Source: a virus (taxonomy: Duplodnaviria > Heunggongvirae > Uroviricota > Caudoviricetes). From it: DNA of 64,000 bases. The position numbers and the translations under genes are program-made. The notes beneath the pieces are model-generated. The model had not been told where the DNA came from, ran no database searches, and saw only the letters and a program-made list of their open reading frames with translations. The DNA is taken from positions 39,398-103,397 of the IMG/VR virus record IMGVR_UViG_3300044638_005715; one strand, 5' to 3'. Of this stretch, positions 1-9,191 are shown in pieces. The stretch's first letter is position 1. Each line of letters begins with the position of its first letter.

Positions 1-138
1 TATTCTGCTGATAAGCAATATGATGATAGGGGTAAATATATGGCCCTATATACTAAACGCAATCCACCAGATTTTTGGCAGGAATTTTTGTCAGAAGGTG
101 AATTAAAAGTTTTTAGAAATTTAAATTCACTTACTTGA
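1..138 (+). CDS. 3' end of an upstream gene (partial, hypothetical)
   Basis: Open frame from position 1 to a TGA at 136-138; its stop overlaps the -35 box of the downstream promoter. Confidence 0.3.
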   Translation, partial: YSADKQYDDRGKYMALYTKRNPPDFWQEFLSEGELKVFRNLNSLT

Positions 139-163
139 CAAATTTAATTTTTAAATTAAAATA
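135..163 (+). promoter_or_regulatory. sigma70-like promoter (TTGACA-N16-TAAAAT) upstream of the 202 gene
   Basis: TTGACA at 135-140 and TAAAAT at 157-162; AT-rich palindrome AATTTAA/TTAAATT in the spacer. Confidence 0.45.
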
Positions 164-201
164 ACTTCATCTGTTCCATACACTTTAAATAAGGATTTAT
201 T

Positions 202-504
202 ATGTCAAAAATTCGCTACATTCACAATGGTTACTATGAGACGATGCCAATTGCATGTTTATTTCAAAATAATGAGGGCGATATTGGTATTAGTATCTGT
301 AGTACACATGATAGGCCCAATAAACAAAGGGGCCGTGAAATTGCAGAGGCACGATCATATAAGGTAGATTTGGATAGTTTTATGTCATCTATACCAAAGA
401 GAATGATTGATAATATGGAATATTTCCGTGTGCCACTTAAAGAAGTCCTTGAGAAAGAAATCAGCAAGATGAAAGAGCAATTTTTGAAACGTGTGCAGAA
501 ATGA
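202..504 (+). CDS. hypothetical protein
   Basis: ATG-initiated 100-aa ORF; its stop overlaps the start of the next gene (ATGA coupling). Confidence 0.5.
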   Translation: MSKIRYIHNGYYETMPIACLFQNNEGDIGISICSTHDRPNKQRGREIAEARSYKVDLDSFMSSIPKRMIDNMEYFRVPLKEVLEKEISKMKEQFLKRVQK

Positions 505-893
505 ACTATAAAATATTCGAGAGAGCAATCGCCCTTGCTAAAACAATGAAGGGCGATATATCTCAACGATATACAGTATTTTCATTTATTTATCGTAAAA
601 ATCAAATATATGCGGTCGGTGGCAATGATATGACTAAGACTCATACTGCCGCATATTACAATAATTATGAGTATCCATACCTACATTCTGAACTAGCGGC
701 TATTAGAGCATTTAAAGATATTGACAATTCTTATCGTTATAATTTCCTTAATATTAGATTAGACAGAAGCGGCAAACTTAGAAATTCAATGCCATGTAAA
801 TATTGCCAATCTATATTAGATTTGCATAATTTTAAATCACTCACATATTCAGTAGATAACGGATTTACTTTTAGGTATTCAAATGAAGAATGA
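501..893 (+). CDS. cytidine/deoxycytidylate-deaminase-fold (CDA-like, TadA-like) zinc deaminase
   Basis: HSE (H-x-E) followed by PCKYC (PCxxC) zinc-binding motifs, the signature of the CDA superfamily; translationally coupled to the Thg1-like gene. Confidence 0.55.
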   Translation: MNYKIFERAIALAKTMKGDISQRYTVFSFIYRKNQIYAVGGNDMTKTHTAAYYNNYEYPYLHSELAAIRAFKDIDNSYRYNFLNIRLDRSGKLRNSMPCKYCQSILDLHNFKSLTYSVDNGFTFRYSNEE

Positions 894-1698
894 TAGTTTT
901 GGCGATCGTATGAAGATGTATGAGATGGCAGAGTCTGGCCGTAAACTAATGCCAGGGATACCAATAATGGCTAGATTAGATGGTAGATGTTTTCATACCT
1001 TTTGTCAAGGAATGGAAAGACCATTTTATGAACCTCTTTCTCGTCTGATGATTGAATGTACAAAATATTTGGTGGCTGAAACACATGCATTGTGTGGATA
1101 TACACAATCAGATGAAATAACATTGACTTGGCACTATATAAATCCAAAAACAGAGCCAATTTTTAGTGGCAGAATTAGTAAAATTATATCAACACTTGCA
1201 GCTATGCAGTCAGTGTATTTCAATAAATATATGCACAACTATTTAGATGCTAAATATTGTAATAAAATAATCACATTTGATTGTAGGGTTTGGAATGTCC
1301 CGAATATTATTGAGGGGGCAAATGCATTTTTGTGGAGAGAGCAAGATGCCACAAAAAATAGTATTTCAATGGCGGCTAGATCATATTATAGTCATAAACA
1401 ATTACATAAGAAAAATGGGGCAGAAATGCAAGATATGTTGCATAAGGTAGGAGTTAATTGGAATGACTATCCATCATTTTTTAAGAGGGGCACATATCTT
1501 ATGCCTAAATTAATAAATGTTAATATTGATGAATTGAACATAGATGAGGCAAAAAAGAAATATATATTAGAATCTAATCCATCACTACAATATCAAAGAC
1601 GTATTGTAAGTGAAATGGATTTACCTCCATTAAGCCAAGTTGTTAATCGGGCAGATTTCATTTATTCTGGATCTGAGCCAAAATTATTTACACAATGA
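883..1698 (+). CDS. Thg1-like protein (tRNA-His guanylyltransferase / 3'-5' polymerase family)
   Basis: IMARLDGRCFHTF matches the Thg1 RLDGRNFHRF motif; GYTQSDEIT matches the YGQSDEYSF catalytic motif; LWREQDA matches SWRQADCH. Confidence 0.75.
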   Translation: MKNDSFGDRMKMYEMAESGRKLMPGIPIMARLDGRCFHTFCQGMERPFYEPLSRLMIECTKYLVAETHALCGYTQSDEITLTWHYINPKTEPIFSGRISKIISTLAAMQSVYFNKYMHNYLDAKYCNKIITFDCRVWNVPNIIEGANAFLWREQDATKNSISMAARSYYSHKQLHKKNGAEMQDMLHKVGVNWNDYPSFFKRGTYLMPKLINVNIDELNIDEAKKKYILESNPSLQYQRRIVSEMDLPPLSQVVNRADFIYSGSEPKLFTQ

Positions 1699-1815
1699 AA
1701 AATAAATATTCTAATTCAATTGATCATATATTAAAATTGATTCACATATTGATATTAATATGTTGATTTGGAATATCATTGGCAATGAACCTGCAATACA
1801 AATAAGAGATAATAT

Positions 1816-2028
1816 ATGCCATCAGATACAGTCAAATTTAAGAGATCCTCATACACAAAAAATATAGAGGTATGCATTGAAGATGAAGTTGCAAATAAAT
1901 TACACAATTTTGTGGATGGTGGCATAATCAATAAGATAGATAATAGATTGGAGAATATGGTTTGGTCTTATATTAATTTTAGGATATCTTATATTATAGA
2001 GTGGAATATTAATGATGAAACAAATTAA
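1816..2028 (+). CDS. hypothetical small protein
   Basis: 70-aa ORF in an otherwise gene-poor interval; weak support. Confidence 0.3.
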   Translation: MPSDTVKFKRSSYTKNIEVCIEDEVANKLHNFVDGGIINKIDNRLENMVWSYINFRISYIIEWNINDETN

Positions 2029-2164
2029 GAAACAATTATGTAATGATAAAATTTACAATCTTCAATTTTGTATATTTCCTAAATTTATTACTCCTAAAAT
2101 CAATACGAAAATTCGTGGTTTCCTTTGGGGTAATATTGTTCCGATAAACTTCAATGAAATCTTC

Positions 2165-2192
2165 TTGACATTTGATTTTTTTTCCTTATAAT
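2165..2192 (+). promoter_or_regulatory. consensus sigma70 promoter TTGACA-N16-TATAAT (early promoter)
   Basis: TTGACA 2165-2170 and TATAAT 2187-2192; 26/28 identical to the promoter at 13536-13563. Confidence 0.65.
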
Positions 2193-2198
2193 AATAAT

Positions 2199-2777
2199 AT
2201 GATTTTTTTCACATCAGATACCCATTGGAATCATACCAATATAGTTGGCCCATCCATATCTACATGGAAAGATGGATATAGGGATTTTGAATCAAAAGAG
2301 CAAATGAATAGTGTTCTAATTGATAATATTAATGCAGTGGTTTGTAAAAATGATACATTATATCACGATGGAGATTTTGCTTTTGGCAATAGGAAACTTA
2401 TTGATGATTTAAGGGCCCGTATTAATTGCTCAAATATTATATTAATATTGGGAAATCATGATTATTATGAAAAATATCCAGATATCTATAATAGAAATTT
2501 CCGTGTTGAAAAATATATGGAATTAACCATTAGTAATACACTTATTACTTTATTTCATTATCCCATTGCATCATGGCGAGATATTGGAAATGGGGCATTC
2601 AATTTGCATGGTCATTCTCATGGTACATATCCTCCTAATGGAAAACAACTAGATGTAGGTGTAGATAATCCACTTAATTTATATAAACCGTGGTCCATGG
2701 ATCAAATTTTTAACCACATGAAGAATGTTGATATTGTTACTGTAGATCATCACGTTAAGGGAACTAATAGTCGCTAA
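2199..2777 (+). CDS. calcineurin-like metallophosphoesterase
   Basis: SDTHWNH, GDFAFG and LGNHDYY motifs. The ORF track starts at TTG 2172 inside the promoter; I call the ATG at 2199 instead. Confidence 0.7.
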   Translation: MIFFTSDTHWNHTNIVGPSISTWKDGYRDFESKEQMNSVLIDNINAVVCKNDTLYHDGDFAFGNRKLIDDLRARINCSNIILILGNHDYYEKYPDIYNRNFRVEKYMELTISNTLITLFHYPIASWRDIGNGAFNLHGHSHGTYPPNGKQLDVGVDNPLNLYKPWSMDQIFNHMKNVDIVTVDHHVKGTNSR

Positions 2778-2778
2778 T

Positions 2779-4905
2779 ATGAAAATTACACACAGAACTA
2801 ACCCAGTTTTAGTAGAAAATGATAATGATGTAAAACAATTTGGTATGATTGTTGATGCCAAGTCATTTAGTATTATTGTCGATGGAATTTATAGTGACAC
2901 AATAAAGGCCATTGTTAGGGAATATGGATGTAATGCTATAGACAGCCACAAAAAGGCAAAAAATTATAGTCCATTTGACATTCATATGCCAACATATAGT
3001 CAGCCTGTATTCTATGTTAGAGATTATGGGGTGGGCCTGGATGAGGAAGACATTGTGAATGTTTTTACAGTTGCTTTTAAATCCACAAAGGAAGATAGTA
3101 ATCTGTTTACGGGCCAACTTGGTATTGGTGCAATGTGCGGTTTTGCTTATAATACAAAGTCATTCACTGTAACATCATGGAAAGATGGTATTGAATATAT
3201 ATATGCATGTTTTCTAAATGAAGATGGGTGCCCAGCATATACTAAAATTTCAGAAAAAAAATCTACAGAACCAACTGGCGTGAAAATTGAATTACCAGTT
3301 GCAAAAAAGGATATGAATAATTTTCGTGTAGATGGTAAGAAGATCATATCATGCTTTGAAATTCAACCAAGTCTATTTGGGGGGCTACAAAAGGGCGATG
3401 TTACAACAATTTTGCATGATAGTAAAACACATTTTAAATTTAATAATTGGGCATACTCTTCTAATAGTAATATAGAGGGGGCCCATGTATTAATGGGAAG
3501 TGTATTATATAAAATACCCTCAGATAATAAGTTAGCAAAATTTTCAAATTTACTAAATCATAATATTATTATATTGGCTAATATTGGTGATATTGATTTT
3601 ACGGTATCTAGAGAGCAAGCTAAATTAACCATTAGGACAGTTGAATTCATAAAAGATGCATTTAAACAGGTTGAAAATGATCTAGTGAAACTTTTTGATG
3701 ATATTTCTAGTGAAAAAAATGAATATGGGGCCATTCAGAAATGCCTAAATATACTCAATAATATGACAAGGGAACAAAGGAATATTATACATTCATTATG
3801 TATATTAAATGAGGTTAAATTTCATAGTAATAGAATACAATCATGCATGAATTCATTTACAGATTCTATCAATAAGAGTGTTCGTCGTGATGATATTCGT
3901 GTATTAGTATCTGCTAATACTATGAGGGGAATTCGTTGCGATAAGTCTTTTAATGGGCTAAATAGATGCATTAATATTCAACTGTATTTAGAGGATAAAA
4001 AGGGTTATAGAAATATTATTGGCAACAGTGTCAAATCTGATAATGATAAATTTAAAGTTGCCATCATATTTAATAGTAAACTATATACCAAGGAAAGCAT
4101 TGTAGCTTTATTAAATTGTGATGAATCTGATATTATATTGACTTCCTCGATAACTAAGCCATCAATTAATAGATCCACAATTGGTAAATCTGGAGATATT
4201 TCTAAACTTAATATATATGCAAAGCGTGCTTCAGATAAATTTATCAATATTGAAAATGCATTTAATGATAAGACAACGTATTATTACGTCGAAAGATGTG
4301 GTTATAGCTATAAGTACAAAGATATGGTAGATAATATTACTAATTTATCTATAGTATTTAAGTATATGAATACTGAACATGGCTGTCTCGATATTTACGC
4401 TGTTAAAACTAAAGCAATAAAAAATCTTGGTAAAAATTGGATAAACATTATTGATTTTGTTACTGAAAAAATTAATAAGGAAGAAGTTATAAAGTTATTG
4501 GCCAATAAAAATGTTTTAGATTCCTTATGGAGTAAGGCAAGTTATTCTTACGATGATAATCTTTATGAATTTATTAGTAAAAATCGCATGGAATTACCAA
4601 GCGATCATCGTATAATTCAATGGTTTGACTCAATGAAGGCCCTATATGTGGATCATAAAGCTGTTAAATCTTCGCAAGCATTGAATTTTCAAACACAAAT
4701 TATGAAAAAATATGCTGGAATTGATGAAAATCACAATTCTGTTAAAAAGATTTATAATATGATAATGAAGCAGTATACTGATTCTATTAAATCATTGGAA
4801 TATGCGGCAGATTATCCAATCATTATTGAAGCATTAGCAAACAATAGAAAATATAAAAATGACAAACTAAAATCACAAATAATTAAATTTTTAACTATCG
4901 CATAA
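2779..4905 (+). CDS. Hsp90/HtpG-like GHKL (Bergerat-fold) ATPase
   Basis: N-box REYGCNAIDS (compare ELISNASDA). G1 box RDYGVGL. G2 box GQLGIGAMCGFAYNTKSFTVTS (compare [21 protein letters not shown] of Hsp90). Length is 708 aa. Confidence 0.65.
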   Translation: MKITHRTNPVLVENDNDVKQFGMIVDAKSFSIIVDGIYSDTIKAIVREYGCNAIDSHKKAKNYSPFDIHMPTYSQPVFYVRDYGVGLDEEDIVNVFTVAFKSTKEDSNLFTGQLGIGAMCGFAYNTKSFTVTSWKDGIEYIYACFLNEDGCPAYTKISEKKSTEPTGVKIELPVAKKDMNNFRVDGKKIISCFEIQPSLFGGLQKGDVTTILHDSKTHFKFNNWAYSSNSNIEGAHVLMGSVLYKIPSDNKLAKFSNLLNHNIIILANIGDIDFTVSREQAKLTIRTVEFIKDAFKQVENDLVKLFDDISSEKNEYGAIQKCLNILNNMTREQRNIIHSLCILNEVKFHSNRIQSCMNSFTDSINKSVRRDDIRVLVSANTMRGIRCDKSFNGLNRCINIQLYLEDKKGYRNIIGNSVKSDNDKFKVAIIFNSKLYTKESIVALLNCDESDIILTSSITKPSINRSTIGKSGDISKLNIYAKRASDKFINIENAFNDKTTYYYVERCGYSYKYKDMVDNITNLSIVFKYMNTEHGCLDIYAVKTKAIKNLGKNWINIIDFVTEKINKEEVIKLLANKNVLDSLWSKASYSYDDNLYEFISKNRMELPSDHRIIQWFDSMKALYVDHKAVKSSQALNFQTQIMKKYAGIDENHNSVKKIYNMIMKQYTDSIKSLEYAADYPIIIEALANNRKYKNDKLKSQIIKFLTIA

Positions 4906-4917
4906 GGGTGTATATAG

Positions 4918-5985
4918 ATGAATAAAGCAGCTAAAATAATTACTAGTAATGGAATAACCCTATATTATAATGGTGGGGTCTTTATGGTTTCTAAAGATCA
5001 TGCCGCATATAATGATATGCTATCCTCACTAAAACATAATGATTATGAAAAATTTATTAAGTTATATAGTAAGACAAACCCAATGGAATGCCTCATAGAG
5101 GATAATAGTATTGTATCAGATAATACTGGATCATATTATGTTAAAAATAATAAGAGAATTTTTCTAGGAGACATCCTTAGTCAAAGATATAATGATCTAT
5201 TCGAAGGTGGATATGATGTATCTTATTTAAGGAAATTTATTGAAAATCTAGTTCAAAATACTAGTTATAATGCAATTAAAAGTCTATACGGTTTCTTGGA
5301 AGATAATGATATTCCAATCACTGATGATGGTCACTTTCTCGCTTATAAAGTAGTTGATAAGAATTATCAATCAAAAACCAAAATTAAAAATCTTAACTTA
5401 GTTTCTGGCCAATATAATGATAATCAATCTATTCATAATGGAATTGGTGAAATTATTGAATGTTTAAGGTCAGATGTTGATGATGATAGTGGTACTCCAT
5501 GTAGTTCTGGATTTCATGCGGGAGGTCTAAAATACAGTGGGCCAGGAGGTACATATTATTCAAGTGGCGATAAAGTAATTATTGTCAAAATTAATCCCAA
5601 AGATGTAGTATCTGTTCCAGAAGGGCATACTTATAAATTAAGAACATGCAAGTATGAAGTGATTAAAGATTATACAGATGTACTACCTACAATAGCAACT
5701 GATGAATGTTATTCTGAAAGTAGTAATAATGATAGTCCAAAATTCTTTACAAAATATAATAAATGTCATTATGTGGGTGAATTAATAACATTTAAATATC
5801 GCGGGAAAACAAGACATGGTATAATCAAAGATATTGAGTCAGATAAAAAGCGTGTACTTATTCAATTGACTTCACAAGATATAGGTTTTATCGATGGCGA
5901 TAAAAATTTAAGAAGTTTTATAGTTGAAAAAATGCAAGAGTTAGCAAATTTGTCATTTTATTATAAAATAATTAATAAAACATGA
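4918..5985 (+). CDS. hypothetical protein, translationally coupled to the GHKL ATPase and guaC
   Basis: 355-aa ORF with RBS AAGGGTG; C-terminal small beta-rich (SH3/KOW-like) region; no recognisable catalytic motif. Confidence 0.5.
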   Translation: MNKAAKIITSNGITLYYNGGVFMVSKDHAAYNDMLSSLKHNDYEKFIKLYSKTNPMECLIEDNSIVSDNTGSYYVKNNKRIFLGDILSQRYNDLFEGGYDVSYLRKFIENLVQNTSYNAIKSLYGFLEDNDIPITDDGHFLAYKVVDKNYQSKTKIKNLNLVSGQYNDNQSIHNGIGEIIECLRSDVDDDSGTPCSSGFHAGGLKYSGPGGTYYSSGDKVIIVKINPKDVVSVPEGHTYKLRTCKYEVIKDYTDVLPTIATDECYSESSNNDSPKFFTKYNKCHYVGELITFKYRGKTRHGIIKDIESDKKRVLIQLTSQDIGFIDGDKNLRSFIVEKMQELANLSFYYKIINKT

Positions 5986-6947
5986 AAAAAACATATTCAT
6001 TTAATGATGTACATATAGTTCCAAGATCTAGTGAGCTAGATAGTAGGGCCCAGCCCATTCTGGAAGTATCATATGTAACAAAACATAGTAAGAGAACATT
6101 TAATGGTATGCCACTTATAGTATCCAATATGGATTATATTGGAACATATAAAATGGCATCAGCATTAGCACCTTATAAAATATGGGTGGCTTTAAATAAA
6201 TTTCAAAATATAGTTACCTATAATTACACATATAATAATGTATTTTTTACATTAGGAATGAATGATAAGGATAAAACTAAATTCGACATATTAAAAGCTC
6301 GCCAATCACCAATATGCCTAGATGTAGCTAATGGTTATATCTATAAGTTTTTGGATTATGTAAAATGGGTTAGGGATCAATGCCCCTCATCTATTATTAT
6401 GGCTGGTAATGTATGTACGCCAGAAGGTGTTGAAAATTTAATTAAAGCTGGGGCAGATATTGTTAAGGCTGGAATTGGCGGCGGATCGTTTTGTTTAACT
6501 AGAAATAAAACTGGGGTCGGCATTCCACAATTTACAGTGGCTCAAGAATGCGGCTGGGCAGCTAATGAAATGGGGGCCCTATGCTGTTCAGACGGAGGTG
6601 TCCGCGAAATCGGAGATATAGCTAAGGCATTAGGTTCTGGTTCTCACTTAGTGATGGCCGGATCACTATTTGCTGGTTATGACGAAAATGAAGTTGAATG
6701 GCAAGAAGATCCAATAAGTGGAAAAATAATGCCATTTTACGGAATGTCATCAGCCATGGCTAATAAGAAGTATTTCGATGGATTGAAAGATTATAGGACT
6801 AGTGAGGGCCGTGAGGATTATATTAAGTCTAAGGGGCCCATTTCTGCTTTAGTTCAGGATATAAGGGGCGGCTTGGCATCATGCTGTACTTATACAAACA
6901 CTAAACACATTGAGAATTTAAAGAAAAATTGCACATTTTATAATTGA
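5982..6947 (+). CDS. guaC: GMP reductase (IMPDH/GuaC family, no CBS domains)
   Basis: N-terminal FNDVHIVP and SNMDYIG motifs; active-site GIGGGSFCLTR...GVGIPQ. Length 321 aa fits GuaC rather than IMPDH. Confidence 0.7.
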   Translation: MKKTYSFNDVHIVPRSSELDSRAQPILEVSYVTKHSKRTFNGMPLIVSNMDYIGTYKMASALAPYKIWVALNKFQNIVTYNYTYNNVFFTLGMNDKDKTKFDILKARQSPICLDVANGYIYKFLDYVKWVRDQCPSSIIMAGNVCTPEGVENLIKAGADIVKAGIGGGSFCLTRNKTGVGIPQFTVAQECGWAANEMGALCCSDGGVREIGDIAKALGSGSHLVMAGSLFAGYDENEVEWQEDPISGKIMPFYGMSSAMANKKYFDGLKDYRTSEGREDYIKSKGPISALVQDIRGGLASCCTYTNTKHIENLKKNCTFYN

Positions 6948-6971
6948 CAAATCGGTTTGTCATTGTACAAT
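6944..6971 (+). promoter_or_regulatory. sigma70-like promoter (TTGACA-N16-TACAAT) with an overlapping palindromic operator, upstream of ssb
   Basis: TTGACA 6944-6949 and TACAAT 6966-6971; inverted repeat TGACAAA-tcgg-TTTGTCA at 6945-6962. Confidence 0.55.
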
Positions 6972-7004
6972 ACACTAAACTTTTATACCTTATAGGGGAA
7001 TATT

Positions 7005-7406
7005 ATGTCGGATACTAATGTAACTGTAATGAGTGGTCGTGTTACTCGCGATTGTGAATTACGATATACTCAGAATAGTAATGCTGTAGCCAGTCTATCT
7101 ATTGCTTGTAATAGGAAATCAGGTGATCAGGAAAAGACAGTATATATGGATATTAAGATCTGGGGAAAACGAGCAGAAACACTAAGTGAATACTTGAAAA
7201 AGGGTCGTTATATTGTTGTTACAGGACCTATTGAAGAAGATTCATGGGATGATTCTAATGGCAATAAGCGAACAAAAAAGATTTTAGTTGCTGAAACTAT
7301 TAATTTGGTGCCACGCGGAGAATCTACACAAGATGCAAAGTCTCCATATAATACCCAGGAAGATATTCCATCCGGTCTAGTTCCTGATGATCGTGGAGAA
7401 TTCTAA
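7005..7406 (+). CDS. ssb: single-stranded DNA-binding protein (OB fold)
   Basis: VMSGRVTRDCELRYT...IWGKRAETLSEYLKKGRYIVVTG resembles the canonical SSB pattern; acidic C-terminal tail DDRGEF. Confidence 0.75.
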   Translation: MSDTNVTVMSGRVTRDCELRYTQNSNAVASLSIACNRKSGDQEKTVYMDIKIWGKRAETLSEYLKKGRYIVVTGPIEEDSWDDSNGNKRTKKILVAETINLVPRGESTQDAKSPYNTQEDIPSGLVPDDRGEF

Positions 7407-7409
7407 CAT

Positions 7410-7694
7410 ATGGTTATCACAGATGAAGAATTAATCGATATCTGTTTAACTATTGTTAGTATTAGTGGTGGTAAAGAGTTAAAGGGCCCTGTTCTCAAAG
7501 TTTTGTTGGATAGGGCCCAAAAACTTACTAAATCAAATGACAAGAATGTTGTATTATCTAAAATAAACCAAATGTCATTTCTAAAAGATTTAGAGATTAT
7601 GTGCCGTGATAACATAATAGATATTGATAATAGTGAAGGATATATTAATTTTAATTTTACAGAACAAGGTAAGGAACTTTTATATGGTAGGTAG
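7410..7694 (+). CDS. hypothetical small acidic protein (paralog of the next gene)
   Basis: 94-aa ORF; C-terminal D/E-rich stretch resembles that of 7684-7968. Confidence 0.4.
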   Translation: MVITDEELIDICLTIVSISGGKELKGPVLKVLLDRAQKLTKSNDKNVVLSKINQMSFLKDLEIMCRDNIIDIDNSEGYINFNFTEQGKELLYGR

Positions 7695-7968
7695 TTGGTT
7701 AGAATCTAATGATCGGGAATCTATTCTGAGTGTTGCCCTAGAAGCATTAACATATAATATAGAGAATGTTGAGGCAATGAAATTAGTTATACAATATGTT
7801 TTGTTTCAAAAGCCCAATTTAACAGAGGATGAAATTTCTGATATTGTGCATTTAATGATTATTGATAAAGCTGTTAATAATCTTGTCAATGATGGTGTAT
7901 TAGAGATTGATTATTCAGGTGATGAAAATCGTTATTATTTATCTAAAGATTTCATGGAAGATGAATAA
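7684..7968 (+). CDS. hypothetical small acidic protein (tandem paralog)
   Basis: Start moved to the internal ATG (MVGSWLES); similar architecture to 7410-7694. Confidence 0.4.
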   Translation: MVGSWLESNDRESILSVALEALTYNIENVEAMKLVIQYVLFQKPNLTEDEISDIVHLMIIDKAVNNLVNDGVLEIDYSGDENRYYLSKDFMEDE

Positions 7969-8483
7969 TGGATTTTATAAACGAATATTGGAAGTGTGTA
8001 GGTTCAGACCAGCACACCCATAAAATTCGTCAAAATAAACATTTGCAATCTCTTGACCAATTCTTAATTGATTGCGTGGAATTGCCAGCTAAATTAGAAA
8101 TGACGATTCCATGCAAATATAGAAAGGAAAAAAAATGGGATATATTTTTCCCATCCTTACAACTAGCCATTGAATATAAAACGATTACATCTAGAAGTAT
8201 TCAAAAATGTAAGTATCTACGAATTGAAGAGGGCCTTGGTAGCTGCGTAGATGCAAAAGAATACAATATTGATCTAAAGTTGGGCTACATTATTATATTT
8301 GCTTTTGATTATTGTTCTTCCAGCATTTTAAAATCACGCGATATCATCATGAATGCCTTTAAAGATATGGTTGATGATAATTATTATGATTTATTTTATG
8401 CTATACAAACTAATGGGCCTGACCATTATGAATTTCTAACTGGTGATCTAAACAATTTATTAGGAATGATTAAAAATGTCTGA
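7968..8483 (+). CDS. hypothetical protein
   Basis: 171-aa ORF, start-stop overlap with neighbours. Confidence 0.45.
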   Translation: MDFINEYWKCVGSDQHTHKIRQNKHLQSLDQFLIDCVELPAKLEMTIPCKYRKEKKWDIFFPSLQLAIEYKTITSRSIQKCKYLRIEEGLGSCVDAKEYNIDLKLGYIIIFAFDYCSSSILKSRDIIMNAFKDMVDDNYYDLFYAIQTNGPDHYEFLTGDLNNLLGMIKNV

Positions 8484-8997
8484 TATAGTATCTTTAGTGG
8501 AAATTTATGGTGATGAATCATCTGTTCTTGATATATTGAATTTTGGCACAGGTCGAAAAGATTATACATATCATTATCCAGAACATTTTGGTTTTGGTAT
8601 TATAGAAAAGCAAAGACAAGAAAATGAAATGTATTTGCAACAACAAGAGCAAGATTACGAAGATATTAAGCAGGCTATTATAGATAATAAATATTATTTA
8701 TTTAAGTCAATTAATCTATGTTTTAAATTAAATTTTGCAAATGATGATACTTTATTAAGATTTTTAAGGTCATATAAATCATTTATTCCATGCTCACAAC
8801 AACAGTTTGATGATTTTCATTCGAAATCATATATAGTAATTAATATTTTCAATTTATATGAAATTTACAAGTGGTCCAAAAATTGCGGTTATAATGAAAT
8901 AGCTACACAATATAAAGAAATGATATTATGCATTAAAGATTGTATGATAGGTAGGGCGATAATTGAAGTATTAAATAATGAAATGGGAATGAATTGA
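8476..8997 (+). CDS. hypothetical protein
   Basis: 173-aa ORF overlapping neighbour starts. Confidence 0.45.
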   Translation: MSDIVSLVEIYGDESSVLDILNFGTGRKDYTYHYPEHFGFGIIEKQRQENEMYLQQQEQDYEDIKQAIIDNKYYLFKSINLCFKLNFANDDTLLRFLRSYKSFIPCSQQQFDDFHSKSYIVINIFNLYEIYKWSKNCGYNEIATQYKEMILCIKDCMIGRAIIEVLNNEMGMN

Positions 8998-9191
8998 TGG
9001 ATTTAAAAGATAATATCCACTTTAAGAATAGAAATATTGTTGGTAGGCATTTAGCGTCAATATCTAATAAGATTGTATCAAATCATATATATAGATATAT
9101 TACATATAGTAATTATTATAGTATTTTCTTGGCAAATTTAATAGAATATGAATTAATGAATGAGGATCATAATGCTTCCAGTAGTGAGTGA
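8994..9191 (+). CDS. hypothetical small protein
   Basis: 65-aa ORF in an operon-like overlap (ATGA). Confidence 0.3.
   Translation: MMDLKDNIHFKNRNIVGRHLASISNKIVSNHIYRYITYSNYYSIFLANLIEYELMNEDHNASSSE

Noticed and set aside
2172-2198. TTG start of the ORF-track phosphoesterase ORF
   Set aside because: That stretch is the spacer and -10 of a consensus promoter (TTGACA 2165 / TATAAT 2187); the ATG at 2199 is the plausible start.
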